55,299 bases of DNA from Anaeramoeba ignava BMAN (lineage: Eukaryota; Protista; Anaeramoebae): NCBI GenBank assembly GCA_028826165.1, contig JAPDFW010000043.1, positions 1-55,299 of the forward strand. Reading direction: 5' to 3'. The position numbers and the translations under genes were made by a program. The notes under the pieces were generated by a model. That model was not told where the DNA came from. It made no database searches and saw nothing but the letters and a program-made list of their open reading frames with translations. This document shows positions 23,134 to 35,254 of the stretch, piece by piece. How positions within the stretch are numbered: the stretch's first letter is position 1; the number at the start of each line of letters is the position of its first letter.

Positions 23134-24912
23134 TTAAAAAATGAAACAATTTTCTTTTTTTTTTTGATTTTGATTATTAAATTTTTTAATTAATAAATCA
23201 AATAAATTTGGATTTGTTTGATTTAATTGAAAATAATCAATTCCAATTTGAATTTCATCAATTATTTCTTGTGTAATTTCAATTTCGTTTTTAATTTGAT
23301 TTGAATAAATCCAATATTCAAATATTTGGAATGATTTATTACTTAATTCACTATAATCTGTAACTTTATTAGATTTATCTTCTGTTACAGATAAAAACAT
23401 TCCTCGATATAATTCACTTCTCATTATTAATATTAATTTAGGAAATTTATATTTCTTTTCTTTTCTTTCAATTATAAAATCTTTTTCATTTTCATTTAAA
23501 TAAATTCTTTTAATTGTTTCTTCTATTTTTTCATTAGAATTTATAATTTCTTTAATTTCAGAATATAATTTTGGATTTATTATTCTGTTTGAATAAATCA
23601 TTTCAAATATTTGATTTGATTCTTTAATTGATTTATTTGAAATAATTTCTTGAAGTTTTTCAATTTGATTTTGATTTTGATTTAATCTATATTTCAATAT
23701 TAATTTATGAGCTTCAATTATTTCTCCATTTTCTGTTTTAAATGAAATATCACAAAATTCTTTTCTTCTAAATAATTTTATCAAATCTTCTTCAAGATTG
23801 GAAAAAGAAGAAGGAGAATAATAAAGAAATGAATTATGAAAAGATCCACAAGAAACATGATAATTAGAAATATTTTCATTAAATCTTAATTTAGGAAGTT
23901 CAATTTGAATTGGAATTTTTTTATTTTTTGTATTTCCAGTTCCTAATTGGCCATGTTTATTATTTCCAAATACTATCAGTTTTGAATTAGAAGTTAAAAT
24001 CAAATTATGATTGTATCCAACAGAAAAATCAATAATATTATCATTTTCAAATAAAGATGATTTGATTTCAGTAAATTCATAAGTATCTTCTTGATTTTTT
24101 CCAAGTCCATTACATTCATAATATCCACATGAATAAAGTTTTCTTTTTGGATTTTCAATCAAGATTATTGAATGAAAATTTCCACATTGAATATCAATTA
24201 TTTTGCCTTTTGGAATATTTTGGACTTTGGTTAATTTTTGAATTTTTGGTTCTCTTATCGATTCTCCTAATCCAAGTCGACCATATGCATTATATCCGCA
24301 TCCAAATAATTCTTGATTTGAATTTAAAAGAAAAACAAATTGTGAAGTATTTCCTGAAAATATTTTAGAAACATTTTTCATCATTAAAATTGGTTTTCTT
24401 GTTTTTTTAAATGTTTTAGAATCAAAACCAAGTTGACCAAAATGATTTGAACCAATTCCATAAGCATTATGATTTGAAGTTAATAAGTAAATTGAATTAA
24501 ATCCAGAAGCAATATCTTCAATTATTCTATCGTTTGTATCTTCAATTAGTGATGAAATATTGATAAATTCTTTTGGAGATTTTTTTGGATTAATATCATA
24601 TCCTTTGGCAAATACATTTCCTTCTATTGTTAAAATAGCTTCATCTTCACAACAAACAGTTACTTTTTGAATATTTTCAATTTGGATTTTTGAAGGATTT
24701 TGTTTTGAATATTTTAAATATTCTATTGCTTTTCCATTTTCAAAAAGGAAAATTGTTGAGGAATTTGATGATGAAATTTGTTTAATTTGTTTTTCATTTT
24801 CATTTTCATTTTCATTTTCAAATTTAAATTGAATTGGTTTTTTTATTATTTTTGGTTCATGTTTTAAAATTTTTGGATATTCATTTTCACCCCAAAATAA
24901 AATTTCATTCAT
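23134..24912 (-). CDS. RCC1-repeat beta-propeller + tandem BTB protein, paralog 1; ends in CaaX-like CFIF
   Basis: GxNxxGQLG and CGxxHS RCC1 motifs; BTB motifs FCDISF...AHKLIL and DFII...LILIMRSELYRGMF. Confidence 0.9.
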   Translation of the reverse strand: MNEILFWGENEYPKILKHEPKIIKKPIQFKFENENENENEKQIKQISSSNSSTIFLFENGKAIEYLKYSKQNPSKIQIENIQKVTVCCEDEAILTIEGNVFAKGYDINPKKSPKEFINISSLIEDTNDRIIEDIASGFNSIYLLTSNHNAYGIGSNHFGQLGFDSKTFKKTRKPILMMKNVSKIFSGNTSQFVFLLNSNQELFGCGYNAYGRLGLGESIREPKIQKLTKVQNIPKGKIIDIQCGNFHSIILIENPKRKLYSCGYYECNGLGKNQEDTYEFTEIKSSLFENDNIIDFSVGYNHNLILTSNSKLIVFGNNKHGQLGTGNTKNKKIPIQIELPKLRFNENISNYHVSCGSFHNSFLYYSPSSFSNLEEDLIKLFRRKEFCDISFKTENGEIIEAHKLILKYRLNQNQNQIEKLQEIISNKSIKESNQIFEMIYSNRIINPKLYSEIKEIINSNEKIEETIKRIYLNENEKDFIIERKEKKYKFPKLILIMRSELYRGMFLSVTEDKSNKVTDYSELSNKSFQIFEYWIYSNQIKNEIEITQEIIDEIQIGIDYFQLNQTNPNLFDLLIKKFNNQNQKKKENCFIF

Positions 24913-25498
24913 TTTTGAAAAGAAAAAAATGAAAAAAATGATTTTTGGAATTTTAATTTTAATTTTGATTTTAATTTTGATTTTAATTTTGATTTTAATT
25001 TTAATTTTAATTTTAAATTTGATTTTAATTTTAATTTTAATTTTAATTTTAAATTTGATTTTAATTTTGATTTTAATTTTAATTTTAATTTTGATTTTAA
25101 TTTTAATTTTGATTTTGATTTTAATTTTAATTTTAATTTTAATTTTAATTTTAATTTTAATTTTAATTTTAATTTTAATTATAATTTTAATTTTAATTTT
25201 AATTTTAATTTTGAATTTTAATTTTAAATTTTAATTTTAATTTTTAATTTTAATTTTAATTTTAATTTTAATTTTAATTTTAATTTTAATTTTAATTTTA
25301 ATTTTAATTTTAATTTTAATTTTAATTTTAATTTTAAATTTTAATTTTAATTTTAATTTTGATTTGGAATTTTAATTTTGATTTTAATTTTAATTTTGAT
25401 TTTGATTTTAATTTTGATTTTGATTTTGATTTTGATTTTAATTTTAATTTTAATTTTAAATTTAATTTTTAAATTTAAATTTGATTTTAAATTTAATT

Positions 25499-27277
25499 TT
25501 AATTTTGATTTTGATTATTAAATTTTTTAATTAATAAATCAAATAAATTTGGATTTGTTTGATTTAATTGAAAATAATCAATTCCAATTTGGATTTCATT
25601 AATAATTTCTTGTGTAATTTGAATTTCATCTTTAATTTTATTTGAATAAATCCAATATTCAAATATTTGAAATGATTTATTACTTAATTCACTATAATCT
25701 GTAACTTTATTAGAAGTATCATTTGTAACAGATAAAAACATTCCTCGATATAATTCACTTCTCATTATTAATATTAATTTAGGAAATTTATATTGTTTTT
25801 CTTTTCTTTCAATTATAAAATCTTTTTCATTTTCATTTAAATAAATTCTTTTCATTGTTTCTTCTATTTTTTCATTTGAATTTATAATTTCTTTAATTTC
25901 TAAATATAATTTTGGATTTATTATTCTGTTTGAATAAATCATTTCAAATATTTGATTTGATTCTTTAATTGATTTTTTTGAAATAATTTCTTGAAGTTTT
26001 TCAATTTCATTTTGATTTTGATTTAATCTATATTTCAATATTAATTTATGAGCTTCAATTATTTCTCCATTTTCTGTTTTAAATGAAATATTACAAAATT
26101 CTTTTCTTCTAAATAATTTTATCAAATCTTCTTCAAGATTGGAAAAAGAAGGAGGAGAATAATAAAGAAATGATTTGTGGTATCCACAATAAATATGATA
26201 ATTAGAAATTTCTTCATTAAATCTTAATCTAGGAAGTTCAATTTGAATTGGAATTAATTGCCATTTTGTATCTCCAGTTCCTAATTGACCATATTCATTA
26301 TATCCAAATCCAATTAATTTTTCATTGGTAGTTAAAATCAAAGTATGATCACATCCAAAAGAAATTTCAAGAATATTATCATTTTCAAATAAAAATGATT
26401 TGATTTCAGTAAATTCATAAGTATATTCATCTTCATCTTTGCCAAGTCCATTAGATTGATAATAACCACATGAATAAAGTTTTCTTTTTGGATTTTGATT
26501 TTCATCTTCAATCAACATTATTGAATGATTAAAACCACATTGAATATCAATTATTTTACCTTTTGAAATATTTTGGATTTTGGTTAAATTTTGGATTTCT
26601 TTTTCTTTTTTTCTTGATTCTCCTAATCCAAGTTGACCATCATAATTATATCCGCATGCAAATACTTCTTGATTCGAATTTAAAAGAAAAACATGTTCAG
26701 AAGAATTTCCTGAAAATATTTTAGAAACATTTTTCATCATTAAAATTGGTTTTTCTGTTTTTTTAAGTGTTTTAGAATCAAAGCCAAATTGGCCATAATG
26801 ATTTGAACCAATTCCATAAGCATTATGATTTGAAGTTAATAAGTAAATTGAATTTCTTCCAGAAACAATATCTTGAATTATTCTATCATTTGTATCTTCA
26901 ATTAATGGTGAAATATTGATAAATTTTTTTCGATTTTTTGGATTAATATTAAATCCTTTGGCAAATACATTTCCTTCTATTGTTAAAATAGCTTCATCTT
27001 CAAAACCAACAGTTACTTTTTGAATATTTTCTTCAATTTGGATTTTTTGAGGATTTTGTTTTGAATATTCTAAATATTCTATTGCTTTTCCATTTTTAAA
27101 AAGGAAAATTGTTGAAAAATAACTTGAAGAAATTTGTTTAATTTGTTTTTCTTTTTCATTTTCATTTTCATTTTCATTTTCAAATTTAAATTGAATTGGT
27201 TTTATTATTATTTTTTTTGATTTATTTTTGAAAAGTTTTGGATATTTATTTAAACCAAAAAATATAATTTCATTCAT
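25499..27277 (-). CDS. RCC1 + BTB protein, paralog 2
   Basis: 592-aa ORF collinear with paralog 1. Confidence 0.9.
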   Translation of the reverse strand: MNEIIFFGLNKYPKLFKNKSKKIIIKPIQFKFENENENENEKEKQIKQISSSYFSTIFLFKNGKAIEYLEYSKQNPQKIQIEENIQKVTVGFEDEAILTIEGNVFAKGFNINPKNRKKFINISPLIEDTNDRIIQDIVSGRNSIYLLTSNHNAYGIGSNHYGQFGFDSKTLKKTEKPILMMKNVSKIFSGNSSEHVFLLNSNQEVFACGYNYDGQLGLGESRKKEKEIQNLTKIQNISKGKIIDIQCGFNHSIMLIEDENQNPKRKLYSCGYYQSNGLGKDEDEYTYEFTEIKSFLFENDNILEISFGCDHTLILTTNEKLIGFGYNEYGQLGTGDTKWQLIPIQIELPRLRFNEEISNYHIYCGYHKSFLYYSPPSFSNLEEDLIKLFRRKEFCNISFKTENGEIIEAHKLILKYRLNQNQNEIEKLQEIISKKSIKESNQIFEMIYSNRIINPKLYLEIKEIINSNEKIEETMKRIYLNENEKDFIIERKEKQYKFPKLILIMRSELYRGMFLSVTNDTSNKVTDYSELSNKSFQIFEYWIYSNKIKDEIQITQEIINEIQIGIDYFQLNQTNPNLFDLLIKKFNNQNQN

Positions 27278-27375
27278 TTTTGAAATGAAAAAAATGAAAA
27301 AAATGAAAAATCAAAAATCATTTTTTTTTCTTTTCAAAAAAATAAAAATAGAAAATAGAAAATAGAAAATAGAAA
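27278..27375. promoter_or_regulatory. 98-bp bidirectional promoter region with TCATTTT initiator-like motifs on both strands
   Basis: AAAATGA repeats (minus-strand TCATTTT) at 27283-27310 and TCATTTTT at ~27318, between divergent ATGs. Confidence 0.55.
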
Positions 27376-29112
27376 ATGAATGAAATTATATTTTTTGGTC
27401 AAAATTCATATCCAAAACTTATCAAAAATGAACGAGAAGAAAGAGTAATAAAGCCTATTCAATTTAAATTTGAAAATGAAAATGAAAATGAAAAACAAAT
27501 TAAACAAATTTCAACAGGAAAAGCAACAACAATTTTCCTCTTTGAAAATTGCAAAGCGACTGACAACTTATATTATTCAATCATTTCCAAATTTGAAAAT
27601 ATTCAAAAAGTATCAAGTGGTTTTGAAGATGAAACTATTTTAACAAAAGAAGGAAATGTGTTTGCCAAAGGAAGAGATATAAATCCTCAAAATCCAAATA
27701 AATTTATCAATATTTCATCATTAATTGAAGATAAAAATGATAGAATAATTCAAGATATTGTTTCTGGATTTAATTCAATTTACTTATTAACTTCAAATCA
27801 TAATGTTTATGGAATTGGCGAAAATTACCAGGGACAACTTGGTTTTGATTCTAAAACACTTGAAAGAACAAGAAACCCTATTTTAATGATGAAAAATGTT
27901 TCTAAAATATTTTCAGGAAATTCTTCAAGTTCTGTTTTCCTTTTAAATTCAAATCAAGAACTATTTGGATGCGGAAATAATAATGAAGGTCAACTTGGGT
28001 TAGGGATAAGAAGACGAAAAATCCAAAATCTAGCCAAAATCCAAAATATTCCAAAAGGTAAAATAATTGATATTCAATGTGGTTTTAATCATTCAATAAT
28101 GTTGATTGAAGATGAAAATGAAGATGAAAAAAGAAAACTTTATTCATGTGGATATTATCAATATAATGGACTTGGTAAAGAAGAAGATGAATATACTTAT
28201 GAATTTACTGAAATCAAATCACCTTTATTTGAAAATGATAATATTCTTGATTTTTCTGTTGGAAGTTATCATACTTTGATTTTGACATACAATGAAAAAT
28301 TTATTTCATTTGGAAGTAATTTATATGGTCAATTAGGAACTGGAGATACAAATACACAATCAATTCCAATTCAAATTGAACTTCCTGAATTAAGATTTAA
28401 TGGAGATATTTTCAATTATCATATTTCTTGTGGATATAATAATTCATTTCTTTATTATTATTCTCCTCCTTTTTCCAATCTTGAAGAAGATTTGATAAAA
28501 TTATTTAGAAGAAAAGAATTTTGTAATATTTCATTTAAAACCAAAAATGGAGAAATAATCAAAGCTCATAAATTAATATTGAAATATAGATTAAATCAAA
28601 ATCAAAATGAAATTGAAAAACTTCAAGAAATTATTTCAAAAAAATCAATTAAAGAATCAAATCAAATATTTGAAATGATTTATTCAAACAGAATAATAAA
28701 TCCAAAATTATATTCTGAAATTAAAGAAATTACAAATTTAAATGAAAAAATTGAAGAAACAATGAAAAGAATTTATTTAAATGAAAATGAAAAAGATTTT
28801 ATTATTGAAAGAAAAGAAAAACAATATAAATTTCCTAAATTAATATTAATAATGAGAAGTGAATTATATCGAGGAATGTTTTTATCTGTTACAAATGATA
28901 CTTCTAATAAAGTTACAGATTATAGTGAATTAAGTAATAAATCATTTCAAATATTTGAATATTGGATTTATTCAAATCAAATTAAAAAAGGAATTAAAAT
29001 TACAAAAGAAATAATTAATGAATTAGAAAGAGGAATTGATTATTTTCAATTAAATCAAACAAATCCAAATTTATTGGATTTATTAATTAAAAAATTTAAT
29101 AATCAAAATTAA
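27376..29112 (+). CDS. RCC1 + BTB protein, paralog 3 (head-to-head with paralog 2)
   Basis: 578-aa ORF, same architecture. Confidence 0.9.
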   Translation: MNEIIFFGQNSYPKLIKNEREERVIKPIQFKFENENENEKQIKQISTGKATTIFLFENCKATDNLYYSIISKFENIQKVSSGFEDETILTKEGNVFAKGRDINPQNPNKFINISSLIEDKNDRIIQDIVSGFNSIYLLTSNHNVYGIGENYQGQLGFDSKTLERTRNPILMMKNVSKIFSGNSSSSVFLLNSNQELFGCGNNNEGQLGLGIRRRKIQNLAKIQNIPKGKIIDIQCGFNHSIMLIEDENEDEKRKLYSCGYYQYNGLGKEEDEYTYEFTEIKSPLFENDNILDFSVGSYHTLILTYNEKFISFGSNLYGQLGTGDTNTQSIPIQIELPELRFNGDIFNYHISCGYNNSFLYYYSPPFSNLEEDLIKLFRRKEFCNISFKTKNGEIIKAHKLILKYRLNQNQNEIEKLQEIISKKSIKESNQIFEMIYSNRIINPKLYSEIKEITNLNEKIEETMKRIYLNENEKDFIIERKEKQYKFPKLILIMRSELYRGMFLSVTNDTSNKVTDYSELSNKSFQIFEYWIYSNQIKKGIKITKEIINELERGIDYFQLNQTNPNLLDLLIKKFNNQN

Positions 29113-29340
29113 AATTAAAATTAAAATTAAAATTAAAATTAAAATCAAAATTAAAATTAAAATTAAAATTAAAATTAAAATTAAAATTAAAATTAAAATC
29201 AAAATCAAAATTAAAATTAAAATTAAAATTAAAATTAAAATCAAAATTAAAATTAAAATTAAAATTAAAATTAAAATCAAAATCAAAAAAATTTTTTTAA
29301 TTTTTCAATTTTCATTTTTTCATTTTTTTTCTTTTCAAAA

Positions 29341-31144
29341 ATGAATGAAATTTTATTTTTTGGTTTAATTATCCAAAACTTTTCAAAAATAAACCAAAAA
29401 TAATAAAAAAACCAATCCAATTTAAATTTGAAAATGAAAATGAAAATGAAAATGAAAAAGAAATTAAACAAATTTCATCATCAAATTCCTCAACAATTTT
29501 CCTTTTTAAAAATGGAAAAGCAATAGAATATTTAAAATATTCAAAACAAAATCCTTCAAAAATCCAAATTGAAAATATTCAAAAAGTAACTGTTGGTTAT
29601 CAAAATGAAGCTATTTTAACAATAGAAGGAAATTTATTTGCTAAAGGAGAAAATATCAATCCAAAAAATCCAAAAAAATTTATCAATATTTCATCATTAA
29701 TTGAAGATACAAATGATAGAATAATTGAAGATATTGTTTCTGGATTTAAAACAATTTACTTATTAAGTTCAAATCATAATGTTTATGGAATTGGTTCAAA
29801 TCATTTTGGTCAACTTGGTTTTGATTCTAAAACACTTAGAAAAACACAAAAACCAATTTTAATGATGAAAAATGTTTCTAAAATATTTTTAGGAAATATT
29901 TCAACTCATGTTTTTCTTTTAAATTCAAATCAAGAATTATTTGGATGCGGAAATAACGGAGTTGGTCAACTTGGATTAGGAGAATCAAGAAAAAAAGAAA
30001 AGAAACAAATATCCATAAATTAACCCAAATCCAAAATATTCCAAAAGGCAAAATAATTGATATTCAATGTGGATTTAATCATTCAATAATGTTTATTGAA
30101 AATGAAAATCAAAATCCAAAAAGAAAACTTTATTCATGTGGATATTATCGATATAATGGACTTGGCAAAGATGAAGAAGATAATTATGAATTTACTGAAA
30201 TCAAATCATTTTTATTTGAAAATGATGATAATATTCTTGATTTTTCTGTTGGAAGTTATCATACTTTGATTTTAACTTCCAATTCAAAATTGATAGGATT
30301 TGGATATAATGAATATGGTCAATTAGGAACTGGAGATACAAAATGGCAATTAATTCCTATTCAAATTGAACTTCCTAAATTAAGATTTAATGAAGAAATT
30401 TCTAATTATCATATTTATTGTGGATACCACAAATCATTTCTTTATTATTCTCCTCCTTCTTTTTCCAATCTTGAAGAAGATTTGATAAAATTATTTGAAA
30501 GAAAAGAATTTTGTGATATTTCATTTAAAACAGAAAATGGAGAAATAATCAAAGCTCATAAATTAATATTGAAATATAGATTAAATCAAAATGGAAATGA
30601 AATTGAAAAACTTCAAGAAATAATTTCAAAAAAATCAATTAAAGAATCAAATCAAATATTTGAAATGATTTATTCAAACAAAATAATAAATCCAAAATTA
30701 TATTCAGAAATTAAAGAAATTATAAATTCAAATGAAAAAATAGAAGAAACAATGAAAAGAATTTATTTAAATGAAAATGAAAAAGATTTTATAATTGAAA
30801 GAAAAGAAAAACAATATAAATTTCCAAAATTAATATTAATAATGAGAAGTGAATTATATCGAGGAATGTTTTTATCTGTTATAAATGATACTTCTAATAA
30901 AGTTACAGATTATAGTGAATTAAGTAATAAATCATTTGAAATATTTGAATATTGGATTTATTCAAATCAAATTAAAGATGAAATTCAAATTACACAAGAA
31001 ATAATTGATGAAATTGAAATAAATTTTTATTCTTTTTTTTTTAATTTTAATTTAAATGATCAAATAAAGTTAAATTGTAGAAAGAAAGAAAGAATTTTTA
31101 TTCTTTTTTTTTTAATTTTAATTTTCTTAATTTATTTTAAATAA
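29341..31144 (+). pseudogene. RCC1 + BTB paralog 4; frameshifted at about 29370 and 30010, family similarity ends at about 31020
   Basis: ATGAATGAAATTTTATTTTTTGG start at 29341. ORF 30089-31144 follows the family until ...IIDEIEI and then runs into unrelated AT-rich sequence. Confidence 0.75.
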
Positions 31145-31309
31145 AATAACAAGAAGATCAAATTTCATTTTCGTTATTTATTTTTTTTTTTTTTAATTAA
31201 TTTAAAACCACGTGTATAAGACATTTTTACTTTTTAAAAATTGTTCCAAAAAAGTTTGTCTTTTCATTTTTCAAATTTGTTTTTTAAAAATAAAAAACAA
31301 AAATTAAAA

Positions 31310-34300
31310 ATGAAAGCAAAAAATAATTTTCTTATTCAATTCTTATTAATTTTTTTAATAATTTTTAAGTTTTCTTTTCAAAATCAAAAATCAATTTCTT
31401 CATTAATATCAATATCACCAATATTAACAGAAATAGAAACAACAAGATTATTAACAGAAACAACAAGATATTATTCTACTCCAGATGAAGCTTGGATTTG
31501 GAATTTATTAGATCAATTTTCAGCTTCAGGTAATTTTGGATCTTCTATTTCAATTTATGAAGATGTTCTTGTTATTGGAGCTTATGGTGAAAATAAAGCA
31601 TATATTTACAGATATAATGGAACAAATTTTGAACTTGAACAAATTTTGAGTGAAACATCTTCATATTTTGGATCTTCTGTTTCAATTTATGAAGATGTTA
31701 TTGTTATTGGTGATTATAGTGCAAATAAAGCATATATTTACAGATATAATGGAACAAATTTTGAACAAGAACAAATTTTGAGTGAACCTTCAGCTTCAAG
31801 TTTTGGATATTCTATTTCAATTTATGAAGATGTTCTTGTTATTGGAGCTTATGGTGCAAATAAAGCATATATTTACAGATATAATGGAACAAATTTTGAA
31901 CAAGAACAAATTTTGAGTGAAATAGCTCAATATTTTGGATCTTCTGTTTCAATTTATGAAGATGTTATTGTTATTGGAACTTATGATGCAAGACAAGTAT
32001 ATATTTACAGATATAATGGAACAAATTTTGAACAAGAACAAATTTTGAGTGAACCTTCAGCTTCAAATTTTGGAAAAAGTGTTTCAATTTATGAAAATGC
32101 TACTGTTATTGGTGCTCATGGTGCAAATAAAGCATATATTTACAGATATAATGGAACAAATTTTGAACAAGAACAAATTTTGAGCGAACCTTCAGCTTCA
32201 AATTTTGGAAAAAGCGTTTCAATTTATGAAGATGTTATTGTTATTGGAGCTTATGATGTAAATAAAGCATATATTTACAGATATAATGGAACAAATTTTG
32301 AACAAGAACAAATTTTGAGTGGAATAGCTTCAACTTTTGGGTATTCTGTCTCAATTTATGGGAATTTTACTGCTATTGGAGCTTATATGACAAGTCAAGC
32401 ATTTGTTTATGAAGCTAGTTTAATTCCTCAAGTTAATATTCTTAATTGTTCATCTTTGTTTTCATCATTTGATTGTTATTGGAATAAAGTAGAATTTATT
32501 TCAACTTTGAGTTATCAAATTAATTATGGATTTGATTGGATTGATATTGATTCTCCAATTCTTGAAGATGGGAATGTTTATTATCAACAATTTAATTCTT
32601 CATTTTATGATAATATTACAGGAAATGAATATTATTCAATTCAAATCAAAGCTTGTGCCGATTCAACACCCAAATGTGGCGAACCTTCTTCTTTCATTAA
32701 TTTAACAACAAAAATTGATTCTGTAAAAGATTTTCAATTAACAAATGCAAATTCTTCAATCAATGTGACTTGGAATCCTCCTAATGTACAAATCAATGAA
32801 GGAATTGCTCATCTTGATCATTATAATATTTCTTATTTCAATCAATCTCAACCTGATTCAATATCTTTCTTTTCAGTTGATAATTCTTCACTTGATTATT
32901 TTTTGAATAATTTGGAAAGCGAAAATGATTATAATATTTCAATTTGGGGATGTAGAACACAAGAATGTGAAGGAGATGATAAAGGAGAAATTGTTGAATC
33001 ATCAATTTCATTACTTTTTTCAGAAGTTAGTGATCTCTCATGTTCAATTTCAAGTTCAATCGATATTAATTGTAATTGGAATCAACCAATTAATTGTTCA
33101 ATTCCATCTTATTATAATTTAACTTATCAAGCAATTTCAGAAGAAGATTCAGGAAATTATCAACCAACATCATCAAATCAACAATTCACAGCTCAATTCC
33201 CAAATCAAGAATATCAAATTAATGTATCAGCATGTAATTCAAATGGAAAATGTGGAAATATTTCAACAACATCAATTATCACTGATAATTTGCCAATAGC
33301 TCCAACAATTTATGAAACAATTTCTAAAATTGAAGAAATTGAATTAAATTTTACAAAATTAACAAATGCAAATAATTATTCAATTTCACTTGATAACGGA
33401 ACAAATTGGCAAAAATTCACATCTCTTGATTTAAATGGAAATGAAGTAATTGGAACAATAAATGGAATATCTGGAAATATTGAATATAATATTTCAATTA
33501 GAGGATGTGCAGATTTAAATTGTGAAACTCAATATTTAGGATTATCAAGTTCAATTATAACAAAAAAAGCTAAATTAGGAAATATTACTTCATTAAATTG
33601 TAATTCATTAATATGTGGATTTGAATGTACTTGGGATTTATTAAATTTATCAGATGGATTAGAAGGATATTCATTGAGTTATAATTCAACTTCAGTTTGT
33701 TTACCAAAAACACAAACAAATTATTCAATTTCAGGAGAATTAATTCCATTAGGAAATTATGAAATTTCAATTTATTCATCAGCTGATTTAAATTGTTCAT
33801 TTAATGAATATTCAGGAATTAATTCAACAACTTCAATTATCACTGATAATTTACCAGCTCCAACAATTTATGAAGCAATTTCTAAAATTGAAGAAATTGA
33901 ATTAAATTTTACAAAAGTTGAATATGCAAATAATTATTCAATTTCACTTGATAACGGAACAAATTGGCAAAATTTCACATCTCTTGATTTAAATGGAAAT
34001 GAAGTAATTGGAACAATAAATGGAATATCTGGAAATATTGAATATAATATTTCAATTAGAGGATGTGTAGATTCAATTTGTGAAACTCAATATTTAGGAT
34101 TATCAAGTTCAATTATAACAAAAAAAGCTAAATTAGGAAATATTACTTCATTAAATTGTTCATCCATTCCTTTTGGATTTGAATGTACTTGGGATTTATT
34201 AAATTTATCAGATGGATTAGAAGGATATTCATTGAGTTATAATTCAACTTCAGTTTGTTTACCAAAAACACAAACAAATTATTCAATTTCCCTTTTACTT

Positions 34301-35149
34301 CCATATCAATATTATGAAATTTCAATTTATTCATCAGCTGATTTAAATTGTTCATTTAATGAATATTCAGGAATTAATTCAACAACATCAATTATCACTG
34401 ATAATTTACCAGCTCCAACAATTTATGAAGCAATTTCTAAAATTGAAGAAATTGAATTAAATTTTACAAAAGTTGAATATGCAAATAATTATTCAATTTC
34501 ACTTGATAACGGAACAAATTGGCAAAATTTCACATCTCTTGATTTAAATGGAAATGAAGTAATTGGAACAATAAGTGGAATATCTGGAAATGTTGAATAT
34601 AATATTTCAATTAGAGGATGTGCAGATTTAAATTGTGAAACTCAATATTTAGGATTATCAAGTTCAATTATAACAAAAAAAGCTAAATTAGGAAATATTA
34701 CTTCATTAAATTGTAATTCATTAATTAATGGATTTATTTGCACTTGGGATTTATTAAATTTATCAGATGGATTACAGAAATATTCATTTCATTATAATAT
34801 GTTCTCAGTTTGTTTACCAAAATTCACAAATTTCTATTCAGTATCAGGATTAAATGGAGGAGAAGAATATACCATTCTTATTTTTGCCTCAACTGATGAA
34901 AATTGTATTGGGGATGAATATTCAGGAATTATATCCTCGGCTTCCGTGAAAATATTAAGTCCAACTGAAACATCAGAAAGTTCATCTAAAGCTCCAATAA
35001 TTGCTATGACAGTAGTTATTCCTGTTCTTGTTATTACAACAGTTATTATTATTGTTGTTTTGATTAAGAAACAAAAAAATAGCATCCAGAATTTTATCAA
35101 ACAAGAACAAAAAAAACTTGAAGAAGCAGGAGAAATTGAGATGATCTAA
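31310..35149 (+). CDS. Type I membrane protein: signal peptide, 7 FG-GAP-like repeats, multiple Cys-containing fibronectin type III-like repeats, TM helix, short tail
   Basis: Seven FG.S(I/V)SIY...VIG(A)Y blades; three ~185-aa tandem units starting APTIYE; TM IIAMTVVIPVLVITTVIIIVVLI followed by KKQK. Likely ATG at 31310 (MKAKNNFLIQFLLIFLII). Confidence 0.88.
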   Translation: MKAKNNFLIQFLLIFLIIFKFSFQNQKSISSLISISPILTEIETTRLLTETTRYYSTPDEAWIWNLLDQFSASGNFGSSISIYEDVLVIGAYGENKAYIYRYNGTNFELEQILSETSSYFGSSVSIYEDVIVIGDYSANKAYIYRYNGTNFEQEQILSEPSASSFGYSISIYEDVLVIGAYGANKAYIYRYNGTNFEQEQILSEIAQYFGSSVSIYEDVIVIGTYDARQVYIYRYNGTNFEQEQILSEPSASNFGKSVSIYENATVIGAHGANKAYIYRYNGTNFEQEQILSEPSASNFGKSVSIYEDVIVIGAYDVNKAYIYRYNGTNFEQEQILSGIASTFGYSVSIYGNFTAIGAYMTSQAFVYEASLIPQVNILNCSSLFSSFDCYWNKVEFISTLSYQINYGFDWIDIDSPILEDGNVYYQQFNSSFYDNITGNEYYSIQIKACADSTPKCGEPSSFINLTTKIDSVKDFQLTNANSSINVTWNPPNVQINEGIAHLDHYNISYFNQSQPDSISFFSVDNSSLDYFLNNLESENDYNISIWGCRTQECEGDDKGEIVESSISLLFSEVSDLSCSISSSIDINCNWNQPINCSIPSYYNLTYQAISEEDSGNYQPTSSNQQFTAQFPNQEYQINVSACNSNGKCGNISTTSIITDNLPIAPTIYETISKIEEIELNFTKLTNANNYSISLDNGTNWQKFTSLDLNGNEVIGTINGISGNIEYNISIRGCADLNCETQYLGLSSSIITKKAKLGNITSLNCNSLICGFECTWDLLNLSDGLEGYSLSYNSTSVCLPKTQTNYSISGELIPLGNYEISIYSSADLNCSFNEYSGINSTTSIITDNLPAPTIYEAISKIEEIELNFTKVEYANNYSISLDNGTNWQNFTSLDLNGNEVIGTINGISGNIEYNISIRGCVDSICETQYLGLSSSIITKKAKLGNITSLNCSSIPFGFECTWDLLNLSDGLEGYSLSYNSTSVCLPKTQTNYSISLLLPYQYYEISIYSSADLNCSFNEYSGINSTTSIITDNLPAPTIYEAISKIEEIELNFTKVEYANNYSISLDNGTNWQNFTSLDLNGNEVIGTISGISGNVEYNISIRGCADLNCETQYLGLSSSIITKKAKLGNITSLNCNSLINGFICTWDLLNLSDGLQKYSFHYNMFSVCLPKFTNFYSVSGLNGGEEYTILIFASTDENCIGDEYSGIISSASVKILSPTETSESSSKAPIIAMTVVIPVLVITTVIIIVVLIKKQKNSIQNFIKQEQKKLEEAGEIEMI

Positions 35150-35254
35150 TCTTTTTTTATTTCTTTCTTTATTCCTTTCTTTTTTTCTTTCTTTTCAAAA
35201 ATTCATCAAAGGAAGAATAAAAAAGATTTCAAAAAATAAAATTCAATTTTCTTT

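Noticed and set aside
24950-25500. (TTTTAA)n tracts as telomeric repeats
   Set aside because: Interstitial, degenerate, and present throughout introns and 3' flanks.
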